Shown: positions 10,098 to 20,737 of the stretch, in pieces | Position numbering within the stretch: position 1 is the stretch's first letter | Layout of the letters: each line of letters opens with the position of its first letter | Assembly (NCBI GenBank): GCA_045047305.1 | Contig: JASFYO010000002.1 | Span: 32,001-96,000 of the forward strand | From: Planctomycetota bacterium | GTDB lineage: Bacteria > Planctomycetota > UBA1135 | Direction: 5' to 3' | Length of the DNA stretch: 64,000 nucleotides | Translations under genes and position numbers: made by a program | The notes under the pieces: model-generated | Told to the model about the DNA's origin: nothing | What the model saw: only the letters and a program-made list of their open reading frames with translations | Databases searched by the model: none

Positions 10098-10538
10098 CTA
10101 CTCGATTTCAAGCAAATACGTCGCCGGTCCGACGTTGGTGGCGCTCACTCTCATATGCGCCCCAAATACGCCAGACTCAACCCTAAATCCTTTATTTTCA
10201 AGGGTTTGCCGTACTTCTTCAAGCAGTATTCGAGCCTCTGCCGGAGCCAATGCCGTGGTGAAGGAAGGCCGGTTGCCACGCTGTAGATCTGCAGCCAAAG
10301 TGAATTGAGAAATGAGCAAAATACTGCCTTCTACGGAGCTTAGGTCCAAATTGGTCTTGCCATCGGCATCCTCAAAAATCCTCAGCTTGGCCAATCGCCG
10401 AGCCATTTTGACCGCGATTGCGGAAACATCGCCCGTTTCACAACCGAGGTAAATCAGGAATCCGAGGCCGATTTGCCCGACCACTTCCCCCTCGACCACC
10501 ACTTCGGCGTGGTCTACGCGCTGCACTATTGCTTTCAC
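10098..10538 (-). CDS. dtd: D-aminoacyl-tRNA deacylase
   Basis: MKAIVQRV, LRIFED, SQFTL, GNRPSF, NVGP. Confidence 0.95.
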   Translation of the reverse strand: MKAIVQRVDHAEVVVEGEVVGQIGLGFLIYLGCETGDVSAIAVKMARRLAKLRIFEDADGKTNLDLSSVEGSILLISQFTLAADLQRGNRPSFTTALAPAEARILLEEVRQTLENKGFRVESGVFGAHMRVSATNVGPATYLLEIE

Positions 10539-10543
10539 TGGCC

Positions 10544-11524
10544 TTAATCCTGGCGCAACCAGAGTTCAGCCTGCATCACCCTCATCAAGTCGCCGCCACC
10601 AGCCAAGGCGTTGAGCTCGAGGAACTTTTCAAAGGCCTGCCGTGCCTCTGCGCCGCGCGCTAAATAATCGCGTAACAAAAGCCCCTTATTAAACCAGGCT
10701 GCAGCCTCGTTGGGACGATCCGCAATCACCGACTCCACTACTTCTAAAGCTTCTTGGGCGCGTCCTAATTGTGCCAGAGCAGCAGCCTCTAGCAAATGCC
10801 CCTGCCACAAGTCATCGGCCAAGGCATGGGCGCCAAGTAAGGCTTTTTCGGCATCGCCTGAGCTCAAATCGGCTACTGCCATGGTGTACTCCGCGCGAGT
10901 AGATGCCTCAAACTTCGACCACGGTTCCGTTTGCGCCGCAGCACGGGCTAAGTCGGGACGCTCAAACAGCGGGGCTAATTCACCGAGTAAACGCCAAGCC
11001 TCGGCGCTTCCGGGCTGATCCATCAACAAGGCAGCCAACTCGTCTAAAACTTCGGGATCGCCAGCCCGAGCGCTCATGGCCAACCAATAAACTCTAGCTT
11101 GAGTTAATTCAGGCTGAAGGCTCAGGGCTCTCTCGAGCAAGCGGTAACTCTCAGTAGGGTCTTCCACAACACGAGCGAGAAGCAGGGCATGAAGTCCAGT
11201 CTCGTCCTTCGCAAAAGCCGCTTCCGCGCGAGAATAGACCAGACTTCGATCCTCGTATTGGATTTCCATGTCTTGCAGGAACATGGCCAAACGAACGTCA
11301 TCAGGGTTAGCGTCACGAAGGGTACGGACAGCTTGGAGGCCAGCGCGCGGTTCGCCCTGCATGGCTTCATAAGCAGTTTCCAGCAACTCCCATGCGGCCG
11401 AATCCTGTTCACGGGCACTCTGAATAGCGACTTTCGACGGGAGTTCCAGCTCACTGGTAAACAATCCACAAGAAACTACCAGGGAAAGTGCAATCATGAG
11501 CAAGGTCGGACGGGAATTGAACAC
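10544..11524 (-). CDS. TPR-repeat lipoprotein
   Basis: Lipobox-like VVSC; Ala/Leu helical repeats such as PNEAAAWFNKGLLL. Confidence 0.7.
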   Translation of the reverse strand: MFNSRPTLLMIALSLVVSCGLFTSELELPSKVAIQSAREQDSAAWELLETAYEAMQGEPRAGLQAVRTLRDANPDDVRLAMFLQDMEIQYEDRSLVYSRAEAAFAKDETGLHALLLARVVEDPTESYRLLERALSLQPELTQARVYWLAMSARAGDPEVLDELAALLMDQPGSAEAWRLLGELAPLFERPDLARAAAQTEPWSKFEASTRAEYTMAVADLSSGDAEKALLGAHALADDLWQGHLLEAAALAQLGRAQEALEVVESVIADRPNEAAAWFNKGLLLRDYLARGAEARQAFEKFLELNALAGGGDLMRVMQAELWLRQD

Positions 11525-11546
11525 GCCATGAGCCTACAATCTCCGC
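11525..11546. promoter_or_regulatory. Putative bidirectional leaderless promoter
   Basis: Overlapping -10 hexamers TAGGCT (minus, 11531-11536) and TACAAT (plus, 11535-11540), each 6 nt from a start codon. Confidence 0.6.
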
Positions 11547-13028
11547 ATGACATTTCTGCGTCGCCTTGGCCTTCTGGGCCTACTTATCTGGAGCTCATGT
11601 GCGGCTCCCGATGCAGAAATCCATTTGGCGCCTTTCATCTCGCGCCACACCTTGCCGCAATATCAACATTTTGAGTCTCTAGGAGGCGCAGTGCGCTTTC
11701 ACCGAGAGGCCGATGATTCGATGTGGGCTATCAGTCCTGTCATGTGGCGCAAAGATTACGCCGATGGCGAGATCGAAGCTTCCTTCCTCGGCGGCCTCGG
11801 TCGTTATGAGTTCGACCCCTCTCGCCCACGCACCTACGCCCGTTTATTTCCGTTGTGGTCCTATCGCAGTGAAGTGCGCGCCGATGGCATCACAGACACC
11901 GATTGGTCGCTCCTGTTCTGGCTCATTGCAGGTGGCTCCAGCTCGGATAACTTAGAGAACTACTTCTGGTTCTTCCCCTTCTTCGGCACGGGACGCAACT
12001 TCCTTACTTTCGACGAATTCTCCTTCTTCCTTTTTCCGCTTTACCTTGAGAACCACAAGCAAGAACGCCACAGCAAGCATTGGTTGTGGCCTTTCTTTGG
12101 CAAAGTCGAGGGCTCCGAAGAAGGCTGGCATGTCTTTCCTTTTTACGGCACAACCACGGTTCCCGGTCGACACCAAAGCTCTTATATCATGTGGCCATTC
12201 TGGACCCAGGCAACCACAGACCAGCAAAAGAAGCACCCTTCGAAACAATGGATGTTCTTCCCTTTTTATGGCAAAACGACCCAAGATGATTATGCGGCGA
12301 CCACATTCTTGTGGCCATTTTTCGGCTGGGCTGACCGGCCTTCGACCGATTACTCTTCCTGGAGTTTCTGGCCCTTCTTGAAGTTTGAATCGGGTGGAAA
12401 AGAAGCCGATCGTAAAATCCAAAAGGTACTTCCTTTCTGGATGCACTACGAAAATGCACAAACGGAGTACTCCGCTTTTTTGTGGCCCTTCTTTTGGCAC
12501 ACGAAATCTCACTTCAACAAAATGAAAAGCGAAGGTTATTATTTCGTACCCCTTTTCATGCATTCCAAAACCCTTCGCGACGATGGAACCGAAGAGCGCA
12601 ATCTGCGCATTTGGCCGTTTATGAGCTATGAATTCGAGGCTCGCAAACGCGAGGTACTACGCGTACTCGACCTAGGCATTCCGCGCCTTTTAGACCCCGA
12701 AGGCTTCTATCAGATGTTTGGATTCCTATACACCCTCTGGGACAACCGCGACCAAATCGAAGCGGACCCGATTGTGGTACACGAGAAACGTGCTTGGTTC
12801 AATCTTTACCACGAGGCAGAAGCAGCAGGTCACGAGCGTTGGAGCATCCCTGTAATTGGCGGCAAATGGACCGAACCCGACGGCACCACCCATTCCTCCT
12901 GGCTCTTCGGTCTCATCCGTTGGCGTAGTGGCGAAGGCGGCGGTCTAGAATCACCAGCCTTCCCCGGCCCCGGTTGGCCCGACATTCACCGAATCGCAGA
13001 CCAGGCCAACGCGGAGGCCAAGCAATGA
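11547..13028 (+). CDS. Uncharacterised lipoprotein with aromatic (W/F)P(F/L) repeats, first gene of MCE operon
   Basis: WSSC lipobox-like; about 13 clear repeats; ATGA overlap with mlaE. Confidence 0.8.
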   Translation: MTFLRRLGLLGLLIWSSCAAPDAEIHLAPFISRHTLPQYQHFESLGGAVRFHREADDSMWAISPVMWRKDYADGEIEASFLGGLGRYEFDPSRPRTYARLFPLWSYRSEVRADGITDTDWSLLFWLIAGGSSSDNLENYFWFFPFFGTGRNFLTFDEFSFFLFPLYLENHKQERHSKHWLWPFFGKVEGSEEGWHVFPFYGTTTVPGRHQSSYIMWPFWTQATTDQQKKHPSKQWMFFPFYGKTTQDDYAATTFLWPFFGWADRPSTDYSSWSFWPFLKFESGGKEADRKIQKVLPFWMHYENAQTEYSAFLWPFFWHTKSHFNKMKSEGYYFVPLFMHSKTLRDDGTEERNLRIWPFMSYEFEARKREVLRVLDLGIPRLLDPEGFYQMFGFLYTLWDNRDQIEADPIVVHEKRAWFNLYHEAEAAGHERWSIPVIGGKWTEPDGTTHSSWLFGLIRWRSGEGGGLESPAFPGPGWPDIHRIADQANAEAKQ

Positions 13029-13819
13029 ATCAGTTTCAAAAAGTAGGCGCGAACTTCCTTGCCCCGCCGATTGAAATCGCTGGGTTTACATTTGGCTTAG
13101 CCGTTGGTGTGATTTCGCGGCTCGGACAATTCCCGAAGCGATTGCGTTCCACCCTAGACCAAATGCACCTCACTGGGGTCAAATCTTTGGTCGTAGTGTT
13201 GTTCGTCAACTTCTTCATCGGCATGATTCTGGCCCTGCAACTGGGCTATGAACTCGCACGCTATGGCCAACAGGAAGCGGTTGGTTTTGCGGTTGCGGTT
13301 GCCATGGTGCGTGAAATGGCGCCGGTCATGACGGCTGTGGTTCTAGCCGCAAGCGTTGCGAGCGCGATGGCAGCGGAACTCGGCACCATGCGAGTTCAGG
13401 AAGAGATTACCGCGCTCGATGTCATGTCGATCGACGTCACCAGCTACTTGGTTTTCCCACGGGTTGTCGCCATGACCTTGATGGCTCCCGTCCTCACTCT
13501 GCTTGCCTCAGTCGTCGGGATTCTCGGCGGTGCGGTGATTGCACAAGCACAGCTTGGTCTCGACTTCAGCGGCTACATGCGCAACGTTTACGATTCCCTT
13601 TCCGACACTAGCCTGTTCGGATTACCGCGCAGTGTTTATGTCAGCTTAATCAAAGCCACCATCTTCGGATTCACCGTTTCCGTAGTTGGATGCGCCTGTG
13701 GCCTCATGGCAAAAAATGGAGCCAGTGGCGTGGGAAACAGCACACGCGCCGCAGTGCGCAACTCCATCATCTTGATTATCGTGCTCAACTTCTTCCTCGG
13801 AAAACTGGTCTACACATGA
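13025..13819 (+). CDS. mlaE: MlaE-family ABC permease
   Basis: VREMAPVMTA, AELGTMRVQEEITAL, YLVFPRV, GVGNSTRAAV. Confidence 0.92.
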   Translation: MNQFQKVGANFLAPPIEIAGFTFGLAVGVISRLGQFPKRLRSTLDQMHLTGVKSLVVVLFVNFFIGMILALQLGYELARYGQQEAVGFAVAVAMVREMAPVMTAVVLAASVASAMAAELGTMRVQEEITALDVMSIDVTSYLVFPRVVAMTLMAPVLTLLASVVGILGGAVIAQAQLGLDFSGYMRNVYDSLSDTSLFGLPRSVYVSLIKATIFGFTVSVVGCACGLMAKNGASGVGNSTRAAVRNSIILIIVLNFFLGKLVYT

Positions 13820-14544
13820 TTGAATTCCAGGATGTCTACAAGTCCTTCGGCACCCAAGAAGTGCTGAAAGGAACCCAATTCACGGTGAAAGAGGGGCAAT
13901 CATTAGTCATCATGGGCCCAAGTGGTTCGGGTAAAAGTGTAATCCTAAAACACTTGATTGGTCTGCTTAACCCTGATCGCGGCAACATTCGCATTATGGG
14001 GAAAGACGTCGCAAAGCTGGATCGTGATGGTTTGCAACAATTGCGTAGAGATATGGGCTATCTCTTTCAACACTCCGCGCTCATCAACTGGCTCTCGGTG
14101 TTCGACAACATTGCCTTGCCTTTAAGAGAAACCACCTCGATGTCGGAGAAGGAAATTGAGGAACAAGTCATGCACGTGCTAGGCTTAGTGCGCCTCGAAG
14201 AAGCGCGGATCAAACTTCCAGGGGAAATCTCTGGGGGCATGCAAAAGCGCGTCGGACTAGCACGCGCTTTAGTTACCAAACCGTCGATCATTTTGTACGA
14301 CGAACCAGAAGCAGGACTCGACCCCGAAATGTCGACCAGCGTCAGTCACATGATGCGTCGCTTGAAGGAAGAACACGGCATGACTTCGGTCACCGTGACT
14401 CACAGTGTGAACTGCGCATTAACCGTCGCAGATACGCTCGCCGTTTTTGAGAAGGGCAAGTTTCTGATTTCAGGACCTCCTACGGAAGTCCTCAACTCCG
14501 ACAATAAACGCGTGCGCGAGTTCCTCGGCGCGCCGATTGATTAA
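13816..14544 (+). CDS. mlaF: MlaF-family ABC ATPase
   Basis: GPSGSGKS, ISGGMQKRVGLARAL, LYDEP. Confidence 0.92.
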   Translation: MIEFQDVYKSFGTQEVLKGTQFTVKEGQSLVIMGPSGSGKSVILKHLIGLLNPDRGNIRIMGKDVAKLDRDGLQQLRRDMGYLFQHSALINWLSVFDNIALPLRETTSMSEKEIEEQVMHVLGLVRLEEARIKLPGEISGGMQKRVGLARALVTKPSIILYDEPEAGLDPEMSTSVSHMMRRLKEEHGMTSVTVTHSVNCALTVADTLAVFEKGKFLISGPPTEVLNSDNKRVREFLGAPID

Positions 14545-14545
14545 C

Positions 14546-15652
14546 ATGGAAAAAACCGGACGTCGCGATTTCATTTTGGGTCTCGTGTTCTTCGGAGCGA
14601 TTGCTCTGTTGCTGTACTACACGATTGTGCTCACCGGATTTAGTTTTTCGGACAAGGTCTATATGACTGCCTACTTCCCAAATGCCAACGGCTTGAAGGA
14701 GGGCGATGCGATTTTGGTTGCTGGACGCCCGACTGGCACCGTGCGGGAAGTAGCTTTCCACGATGACCGTCCAGAAGATCGCCGCATCAGTGTGCGGATG
14801 GAATTCACCGAAGCCCCTACCCTGCACGAAGGCTACTTCTTGCGCATCGCTGAATTCACGGTGTTGGGAGGTCGCGTTATTCAAATCGAGCCAGGCCCAT
14901 TTACCAATGCAATCATTGGTCCAGCAGCCGAGCTTGTGGGCACGGTCGAGTCGTCGGCCTTGGCCCAGTTCAGCGAATTGCTAGAGCGCAACGAGGAAGA
15001 CATCACCGCAATTATTAGCAATCTGAAGAGCACCAGCGAAGATTTGGCTCAGGGACGCGGCGTGATTGGGGCCTTATTGAATGACGAAACCATGCGTGTC
15101 GACCTTAAGCAGGCGATTCAGAATGCCTCCGATCTGATTTCCGACCTACGTGCCGGCCGTGGCACTTTGGGGGCTCTCCTCACCGATGAGGCCACCAAGG
15201 AGCGTGTTTTGGGTATTGTGGAGGATGCTGCGAACCTCGTGGCCGACGTCGGCGCCATCGCCCAGGGCGCTCGGAATGGGGAAGGGTTGCTCGGCGCGCT
15301 GCTCAATGATCCGCTGCTGAGAGATGAGGCCACCAATTTGGTACACAACCTGGATGAAATTGCCGTCCGCCTGAATGTCGTCATCGATGATGCTATCGCA
15401 GGCAAGGGTCTTCTTGGTACAATGATTGGTGACGAACAGATCGCCGACGACGCAAAAGCATTTTTAGGAAACCTCGCTGAGGTCACGCGTCGTCTGAAAG
15501 ATGGAGAAGGAAGCCTTGGCCGCCTGCTCACCGAAGAACAGGCTTATGAGGAGCTACTGATGGCCCTCAAGTCTCTCAATGGCCAGCTAGAGGATGCCCG
15601 CGAAGCGCAACCGATTTCAACTTTCACTCAATTGCTGTTCGGAACCTTCTAA
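14546..15652 (+). CDS. MCE/MlaD-domain protein with long helical C-terminal region
   Basis: N-terminal TM, ANGLKEGDAILVAG MCE domain, five GxGxxGxL(L/I) repeats. Confidence 0.88.
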   Translation: MEKTGRRDFILGLVFFGAIALLLYYTIVLTGFSFSDKVYMTAYFPNANGLKEGDAILVAGRPTGTVREVAFHDDRPEDRRISVRMEFTEAPTLHEGYFLRIAEFTVLGGRVIQIEPGPFTNAIIGPAAELVGTVESSALAQFSELLERNEEDITAIISNLKSTSEDLAQGRGVIGALLNDETMRVDLKQAIQNASDLISDLRAGRGTLGALLTDEATKERVLGIVEDAANLVADVGAIAQGARNGEGLLGALLNDPLLRDEATNLVHNLDEIAVRLNVVIDDAIAGKGLLGTMIGDEQIADDAKAFLGNLAEVTRRLKDGEGSLGRLLTEEQAYEELLMALKSLNGQLEDAREAQPISTFTQLLFGTF

Positions 15653-15661
15653 GCCAAGCAC

Positions 15662-17482
15662 ATGGAACTCCGCAACATCGCCATCATCGCCCACGTCGAT
15701 CATGGCAAGACCACTCTCGTCGACGGCCTGTTTAAAGAGGCCGGAACCCTAGAACGCGGACAGCAAAATTCCGACCGCGTGATGGACAGCAATGATTTGG
15801 AACGTGAGCGTGGCATCACCATTCTTTCGAAGAATGCTGCGCTGACCTGGAAAGGTGTGCGCGTGAACCTGATTGATACGCCTGGACACGCCGACTTCGG
15901 CGGTCAGGTCGAACGCGTGCTTTCGATGGCTGACGGCGTTCTGTTGGTGGTCGATGCATTCGAAGGCGTGATGCCACAAACTCGATTTGTGCTGCAGAAA
16001 GCTTTTGAGAACAAGCTCCGCCCGTTAGTAGTTGTCAACAAAATGGACCGCCAAGATGCCCGCGCTGACGCTGTGCTGGGTGAAGTCTTTGACCTCTTCA
16101 TCGAGCTTGGCGCGGAAGAAATGGCCCTCGATTTTCCGGTCATCTACGCATCAGCACGCAACGGCTGGGCGAGTACGGAAGAAGTGACAAGTGGCGAAAA
16201 CATGGAGCCTATGCTCGATGCCATCCTCGAATACTTCGATGCGCCAGACTTCGACTTAGAGGGTCCACTGCAGTATCAAGTGGGTACGCTTGACTGGGAT
16301 GATTACGTCGGACGCATTGGCATTGGCCGCGTCACCCGTGGTATTTTGCGCCAAGGCGATGAAGTGCGCTGGTTCACCAATGATGGCGAGAAAAAGCGTG
16401 GCCGGGTAAAGGAGCTTTATCGCTACGCTGGCATGGATCGCGTCCCAACCGAAATGGTTGAAGCAGGCGATATTGCATCGGTTGCCGGCATGGATGGACT
16501 AAGCCTTGGAGACACCTTGGTCGCAATGGGCAATGAAGATGCCCTCCCACCGATTGAAGTAGAGCCTCCAACCATCGAGATGGAGTTCTTGGTCAACGAC
16601 TCGCCATTCGCAGGCAAGGAAGGCACCTTTGTGACCTCACGCCAAGTGAAGGAACGCTTGGAACGCGCCTCCATCATGGACCCGGCTCTGCGTATCACCA
16701 TTGGACCTTCTGGCGGATACCTAGTCGCCGGACGCGGCGTGCTGCACCTCGGTATTTTGATCGAGAACATGCGTCGTGAAGGCTTTGAATTTGCTGTGGG
16801 CTCCCCGCGCGTATTGCTCAAGGAAGATGAAAACGGCAAGACGCTAGAGCCGATGGAGGATGCACGCGTCGATGTCCCGGAAGAATCCATGGGCAAGGTA
16901 ATTGAGTACTTCGGCCGTCGTGGTGCAGAAATCACCGAAATGACCCGGCAAGGCACACGGGCCAGCGTGTTTTTCACCCTCCCAACCCGCGGCTTGATTG
17001 GCGCACGAACACAAGTACTCACCTTGACCAAAGGTGAAGGTGTTCTCACTTCGATCCTTGCTGGCTATGGCCTGCGCACCACCGAAATTGAAACCCGCCA
17101 CAATGGCGTACTGGTTTCTTCCGATACTGGACAGTGCACCACCTACTCCCTGCGTAACTTGGAAGACCGCGGTGTCTTCTTCGTCGCAAACGGCACGCCG
17201 ATTTACGAAGGCATGGTTGTGGGCGAAAACAACAAGGACAACGACATCACCATCAACATTGTTCGCGCGAAGAAGATGTCGAACATCCGCGTGGCCAACA
17301 AAGATGTCGATGAGAAGGTACGTGCCCCGCGCATCATGGGATTGGAGCAATACTTGGAGTACCTCGATACCGATGAGCTACTAGAAGTCACTCCAAAGTC
17401 TTTGCGTTTGCGTAAGCGTCAACTCAATGAGAAGACGCGTTTGCGCTTACTGAAGTCGAAGGAAACGGCTCACTCGTCGTAA
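15662..17482 (+). CDS. typA: Translational GTPase TypA/BipA
   Basis: [52 protein letters not shown]. Confidence 0.97.
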   Translation: MELRNIAIIAHVDHGKTTLVDGLFKEAGTLERGQQNSDRVMDSNDLERERGITILSKNAALTWKGVRVNLIDTPGHADFGGQVERVLSMADGVLLVVDAFEGVMPQTRFVLQKAFENKLRPLVVVNKMDRQDARADAVLGEVFDLFIELGAEEMALDFPVIYASARNGWASTEEVTSGENMEPMLDAILEYFDAPDFDLEGPLQYQVGTLDWDDYVGRIGIGRVTRGILRQGDEVRWFTNDGEKKRGRVKELYRYAGMDRVPTEMVEAGDIASVAGMDGLSLGDTLVAMGNEDALPPIEVEPPTIEMEFLVNDSPFAGKEGTFVTSRQVKERLERASIMDPALRITIGPSGGYLVAGRGVLHLGILIENMRREGFEFAVGSPRVLLKEDENGKTLEPMEDARVDVPEESMGKVIEYFGRRGAEITEMTRQGTRASVFFTLPTRGLIGARTQVLTLTKGEGVLTSILAGYGLRTTEIETRHNGVLVSSDTGQCTTYSLRNLEDRGVFFVANGTPIYEGMVVGENNKDNDITINIVRAKKMSNIRVANKDVDEKVRAPRIMGLEQYLEYLDTDELLEVTPKSLRLRKRQLNEKTRLRLLKSKETAHSS

Positions 17483-19080
17483 GTCTTGCGCATATAAGCT
17501 TTCCATTCCTGCTCTAATTCGTTGAGCGGAATGGAATGTTCATATCCGAAGGTATCCCGGGTATGTTCTTGCAGCAGTGAATGAAAATCGGAAGCGTCTA
17601 CGATTTCGGTTAGACCACGCAGCCAGTCTTGCCCCTTCCGTCCCTTCGCCTCTGCAAGAAAAGTAAACAGAGCCCAAGCTTTGGAAAACTCTTCGCGATC
17701 GAAATCATATTTACGCAACCTGATTAGCCGGAAAAATGGCTCCTGACACACAACGGCATCGGCCGCCATCGTTGCGCGCTTCCCAATAAAGAGGCCACCG
17801 AATCCACGGTCCCCTGCGTCCCCTGCGTCCACAGCATTCGCATGCGCCGTGGTTTCGCCAACACTGATAGTGGATGGACGTAGATCGAAGCAGGTTGTGG
17901 TGTTTTTGTTGAGAAAGCGGAGCGACAAATGATACCCAACAGCCTCCTCTAACCAATCTTGGCTCCCCGGGTGTATCTGATAATTCAACGCAGCAAGGCG
18001 GTGTCCAATTCCGTGCACAACGCGCCCTTCTAGGTCGGCAAAAGGCCCCGTACGCCAATAAGACATCAGAGTATTTTCGAAGTAAATCCACTTACCATTT
18101 AGGCTTAGCAACTGTTCACGATCTTTGCCGGAGCCCCAATCACCGCCAAGATACTGCTCGTAAAGATGTTCGTAGTTGCGTGCCTGATCATCGGAGAAGA
18201 AAAACTGCACGAAAATCTCTTCGGGGATTTCATCGCGAAATCCATCGCCCAAATATGGATCGACAAACTCGGCGCGGAAGTCCTCGATCACTCTTTCACC
18301 GAGTTCGGCCAAGGCAATCATCTGCTTATCGGATATGCCTGCATGACAAATAATCTTCATGTGCCTACTTTCCACACTGCGGAACTTCAGCCCGGAGCCA
18401 CCGATGTCCACGGCGGCAGCGGCCAACTCAGGGTCTACTGGAACAAGGTGGACTGTTTCAACTGCATCCAGCAACCTCTGGCCTCCCGGATTCGACCCCC
18501 GACGTTTTTCGTGGCTCAGCTTTCTATCCATCCGCAGCACAGCATCGGAGTATCCAGTGAAACCCAGCCAAAGCGAGAGCGATCCAAGCTCTTGCAAGTA
18601 GGTCTTTTGGACTCGTCCCCAATCAGGACTCTTCACTTTCAATCCAGAACGCTTGATGCCAAGCTCCTCCAAGCGATTGAGGCGAAGTTGATACTCCTTG
18701 GCCAAGGAAGAAAAATCTTCCTCCATCATGAAGGGAACCAATGTTGCGAGCTGAGCTCCCTTCAGCTTTAGGACTAATGATTTTTTGCGTTCCCGTTTTT
18801 CCCCATTGGCCTCCACCACATAAGGAAGGTCCAATGGATCCCGCTGGTTCTGTAAATAGAACTCAAGGCGCTCATCCCCCATCCAAGTCAGAAGCCCATC
18901 TGAGCTTCGGTCGACCCCGTTCTTCAACTCCACCAAAAGGTACTCTTGGCCATTCCACCGATAAAGCAGGGCTCGATGCCTTTTAACATCCTTTAAGTCC
19001 TCGAACCTAAGTGCATAAATCTGTGCCCCAGCAGACGCACTGAAAAAAATGCATAGAACCAACGAAAGCAAATAGCGCAT
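17470..19080 (-). CDS. Secreted protein, zincin-like paralogue 3 of 3
   Basis: Signal peptide, QIYAL start, HGIGH-x15-WLEEAVGY. Confidence 0.8.
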   Translation of the reverse strand: MRYLLSLVLCIFFSASAGAQIYALRFEDLKDVKRHRALLYRWNGQEYLLVELKNGVDRSSDGLLTWMGDERLEFYLQNQRDPLDLPYVVEANGEKRERKKSLVLKLKGAQLATLVPFMMEEDFSSLAKEYQLRLNRLEELGIKRSGLKVKSPDWGRVQKTYLQELGSLSLWLGFTGYSDAVLRMDRKLSHEKRRGSNPGGQRLLDAVETVHLVPVDPELAAAAVDIGGSGLKFRSVESRHMKIICHAGISDKQMIALAELGERVIEDFRAEFVDPYLGDGFRDEIPEEIFVQFFFSDDQARNYEHLYEQYLGGDWGSGKDREQLLSLNGKWIYFENTLMSYWRTGPFADLEGRVVHGIGHRLAALNYQIHPGSQDWLEEAVGYHLSLRFLNKNTTTCFDLRPSTISVGETTAHANAVDAGDAGDRGFGGLFIGKRATMAADAVVCQEPFFRLIRLRKYDFDREEFSKAWALFTFLAEAKGRKGQDWLRGLTEIVDASDFHSLLQEHTRDTFGYEHSIPLNELEQEWKAYMRKTYDE

Positions 19081-19123
19081 GGCTACAGCTTACATGATGA
19101 GGATTGAAGTGAACAGAGGCGGC

Positions 19124-20737
19124 TTAGACGTCGTAGTTCTTCCGCATATAAGCAATCCATTCCTTCTCCAAGGCCTCGACCGGACTACCTCCATCGAGGC
19201 CAAACCATTTCTTCGTGTGGTCCTGGAGCAGCAATTGAAAATCGTCGGCATCGACGATCGTCGAGAGACCTCGTAGCCACTCTTGGCCAGCTCGACCTTT
19301 CTCATCTGCGATAAAAGAGAAGAAGGCCCACGACTTCGCGGTATCCTCATTATCAAAGTCGTATTGCTTTTTGGGCAAAAGCTGCGGGGTTGGCATCGGT
19401 GAATGCAGAGCGACTCCAGCCATGACATCGCGAAGTCCTTTCATAAGCGCAGCAGTGCCACCCTCATCTTTCTTCTTTTTCTTCTTCTTGCCACCGCTGG
19501 CAACCGTGTCGCCTGGTTTTGTACGTGGAGGTGGCTTGAAGGCTACGCAAGTCACCGAGTTGCGATTCAAAAAGTTAAATGAAAGGTAATAGCCGAGTGC
19601 TTCCTCAAGCCAATCCTGAAGATTACCGTGAGTCAGGTAATTTTGCTCCGCAAGGCGGTGTCCCAATTGGTGTACGACCATGCCTTCCAGGTCGGCGCGT
19701 TCATCCACCAACCAATAGGAGACAAAAAGTTTTCCTTGCATCACCTGAGCGCCATGGATTTTCAAGCGACGCGTGCGGGTTTCACCAGAGCCCCAACTGC
19801 CACCGAGGTAATCCTCATAGAGCTTCTCGTAATGGAGTTGCTGGTCGGTGGAAAAGAAGAACTCAAGGAAAATTTCGTCGGGGATACGATCCTTGAAACT
19901 CTTATCGATGTAAGGGTCAACAAACTGGGTTCGAAAGCCATCGATTACGGTTTCCCCCAGCTCCGCCAAGCGGGTAATCTGCTCATCGGATATACCGGTG
20001 TGATATACGAACTTGAGATGCTTACTTTCTTGGGAGTGAAACTCCAAAGTCGGCCCGCCGATGCGGTGCCCAACTTCAATCAACTTGGGGTCTACGTCGA
20101 CCGATTCAACCGAAGCAATGGCTGAATCCAGGCGCACGGTTTTTGCTTCACTGGATCTCTTCTTCTCGCGGTGGATTTCACGGTCGAGTTTATTGGCCGC
20201 CTTAAAGAAGCCTGTCTGAAATAGCCAGAGTTTAAGCAAGTCCAACTCACGTATTAACTGGTCGTGGGGCGCAAACCAAGCTGCAGACCCTTCTTCCGCC
20301 TCTGCTCGAGCTGCGCGTAAGCGCTTCATCACATCCAACCGCCGCTGATACTCCAGAGAGAGGGTATAGAAACTCTCATCATTCATAAAGCCGGATAAGC
20401 CTTTTACGCGATCACCTGAAATCCCAATCGTCAGCGATTTCTTTTTGGTTTTCATCAAGCCATCGCTATCAATTTTATAAGCCAAGTCGAGTGGGTCAGC
20501 TTGATTCTGTACATAGAACTCAAGGCGATCATTCGGCTGCCAATGAAAACCGGTTGCATCTAGGGTGATTCCACCGCGAATTTCCACCAGAACCACATTG
20601 CGGCCATTCCACTCATAGAGATTCTTCTTGTAGCCCTTCGCGTACTTGGGGTCCTTGAATTCCAGAGCATATATCTGCCCGTAAGCAGAAGATCCGAAAA
20701 GCAGAACAGCAACGATTAGGAGGAGGAATCGCATCAC
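19124..20737 (-). CDS. Secreted protein, zincin-like paralogue 2 of 3
   Basis: Signal peptide, QIYAL start, HQLGH-x15-WLEEALGY, K7 tract. Confidence 0.82.
   Translation of the reverse strand: MMRFLLLIVAVLLFGSSAYGQIYALEFKDPKYAKGYKKNLYEWNGRNVVLVEIRGGITLDATGFHWQPNDRLEFYVQNQADPLDLAYKIDSDGLMKTKKKSLTIGISGDRVKGLSGFMNDESFYTLSLEYQRRLDVMKRLRAARAEAEEGSAAWFAPHDQLIRELDLLKLWLFQTGFFKAANKLDREIHREKKRSSEAKTVRLDSAIASVESVDVDPKLIEVGHRIGGPTLEFHSQESKHLKFVYHTGISDEQITRLAELGETVIDGFRTQFVDPYIDKSFKDRIPDEIFLEFFFSTDQQLHYEKLYEDYLGGSWGSGETRTRRLKIHGAQVMQGKLFVSYWLVDERADLEGMVVHQLGHRLAEQNYLTHGNLQDWLEEALGYYLSFNFLNRNSVTCVAFKPPPRTKPGDTVASGGKKKKKKKDEGGTAALMKGLRDVMAGVALHSPMPTPQLLPKKQYDFDNEDTAKSWAFFSFIADEKGRAGQEWLRGLSTIVDADDFQLLLQDHTKKWFGLDGGSPVEALEKEWIAYMRKNYDV

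Noticed and set aside
17809..17830. Short tandem repeat gtcccctgc
   Set aside because: Only about two copies, in frame (DAG repeat); no evidence of phase variation
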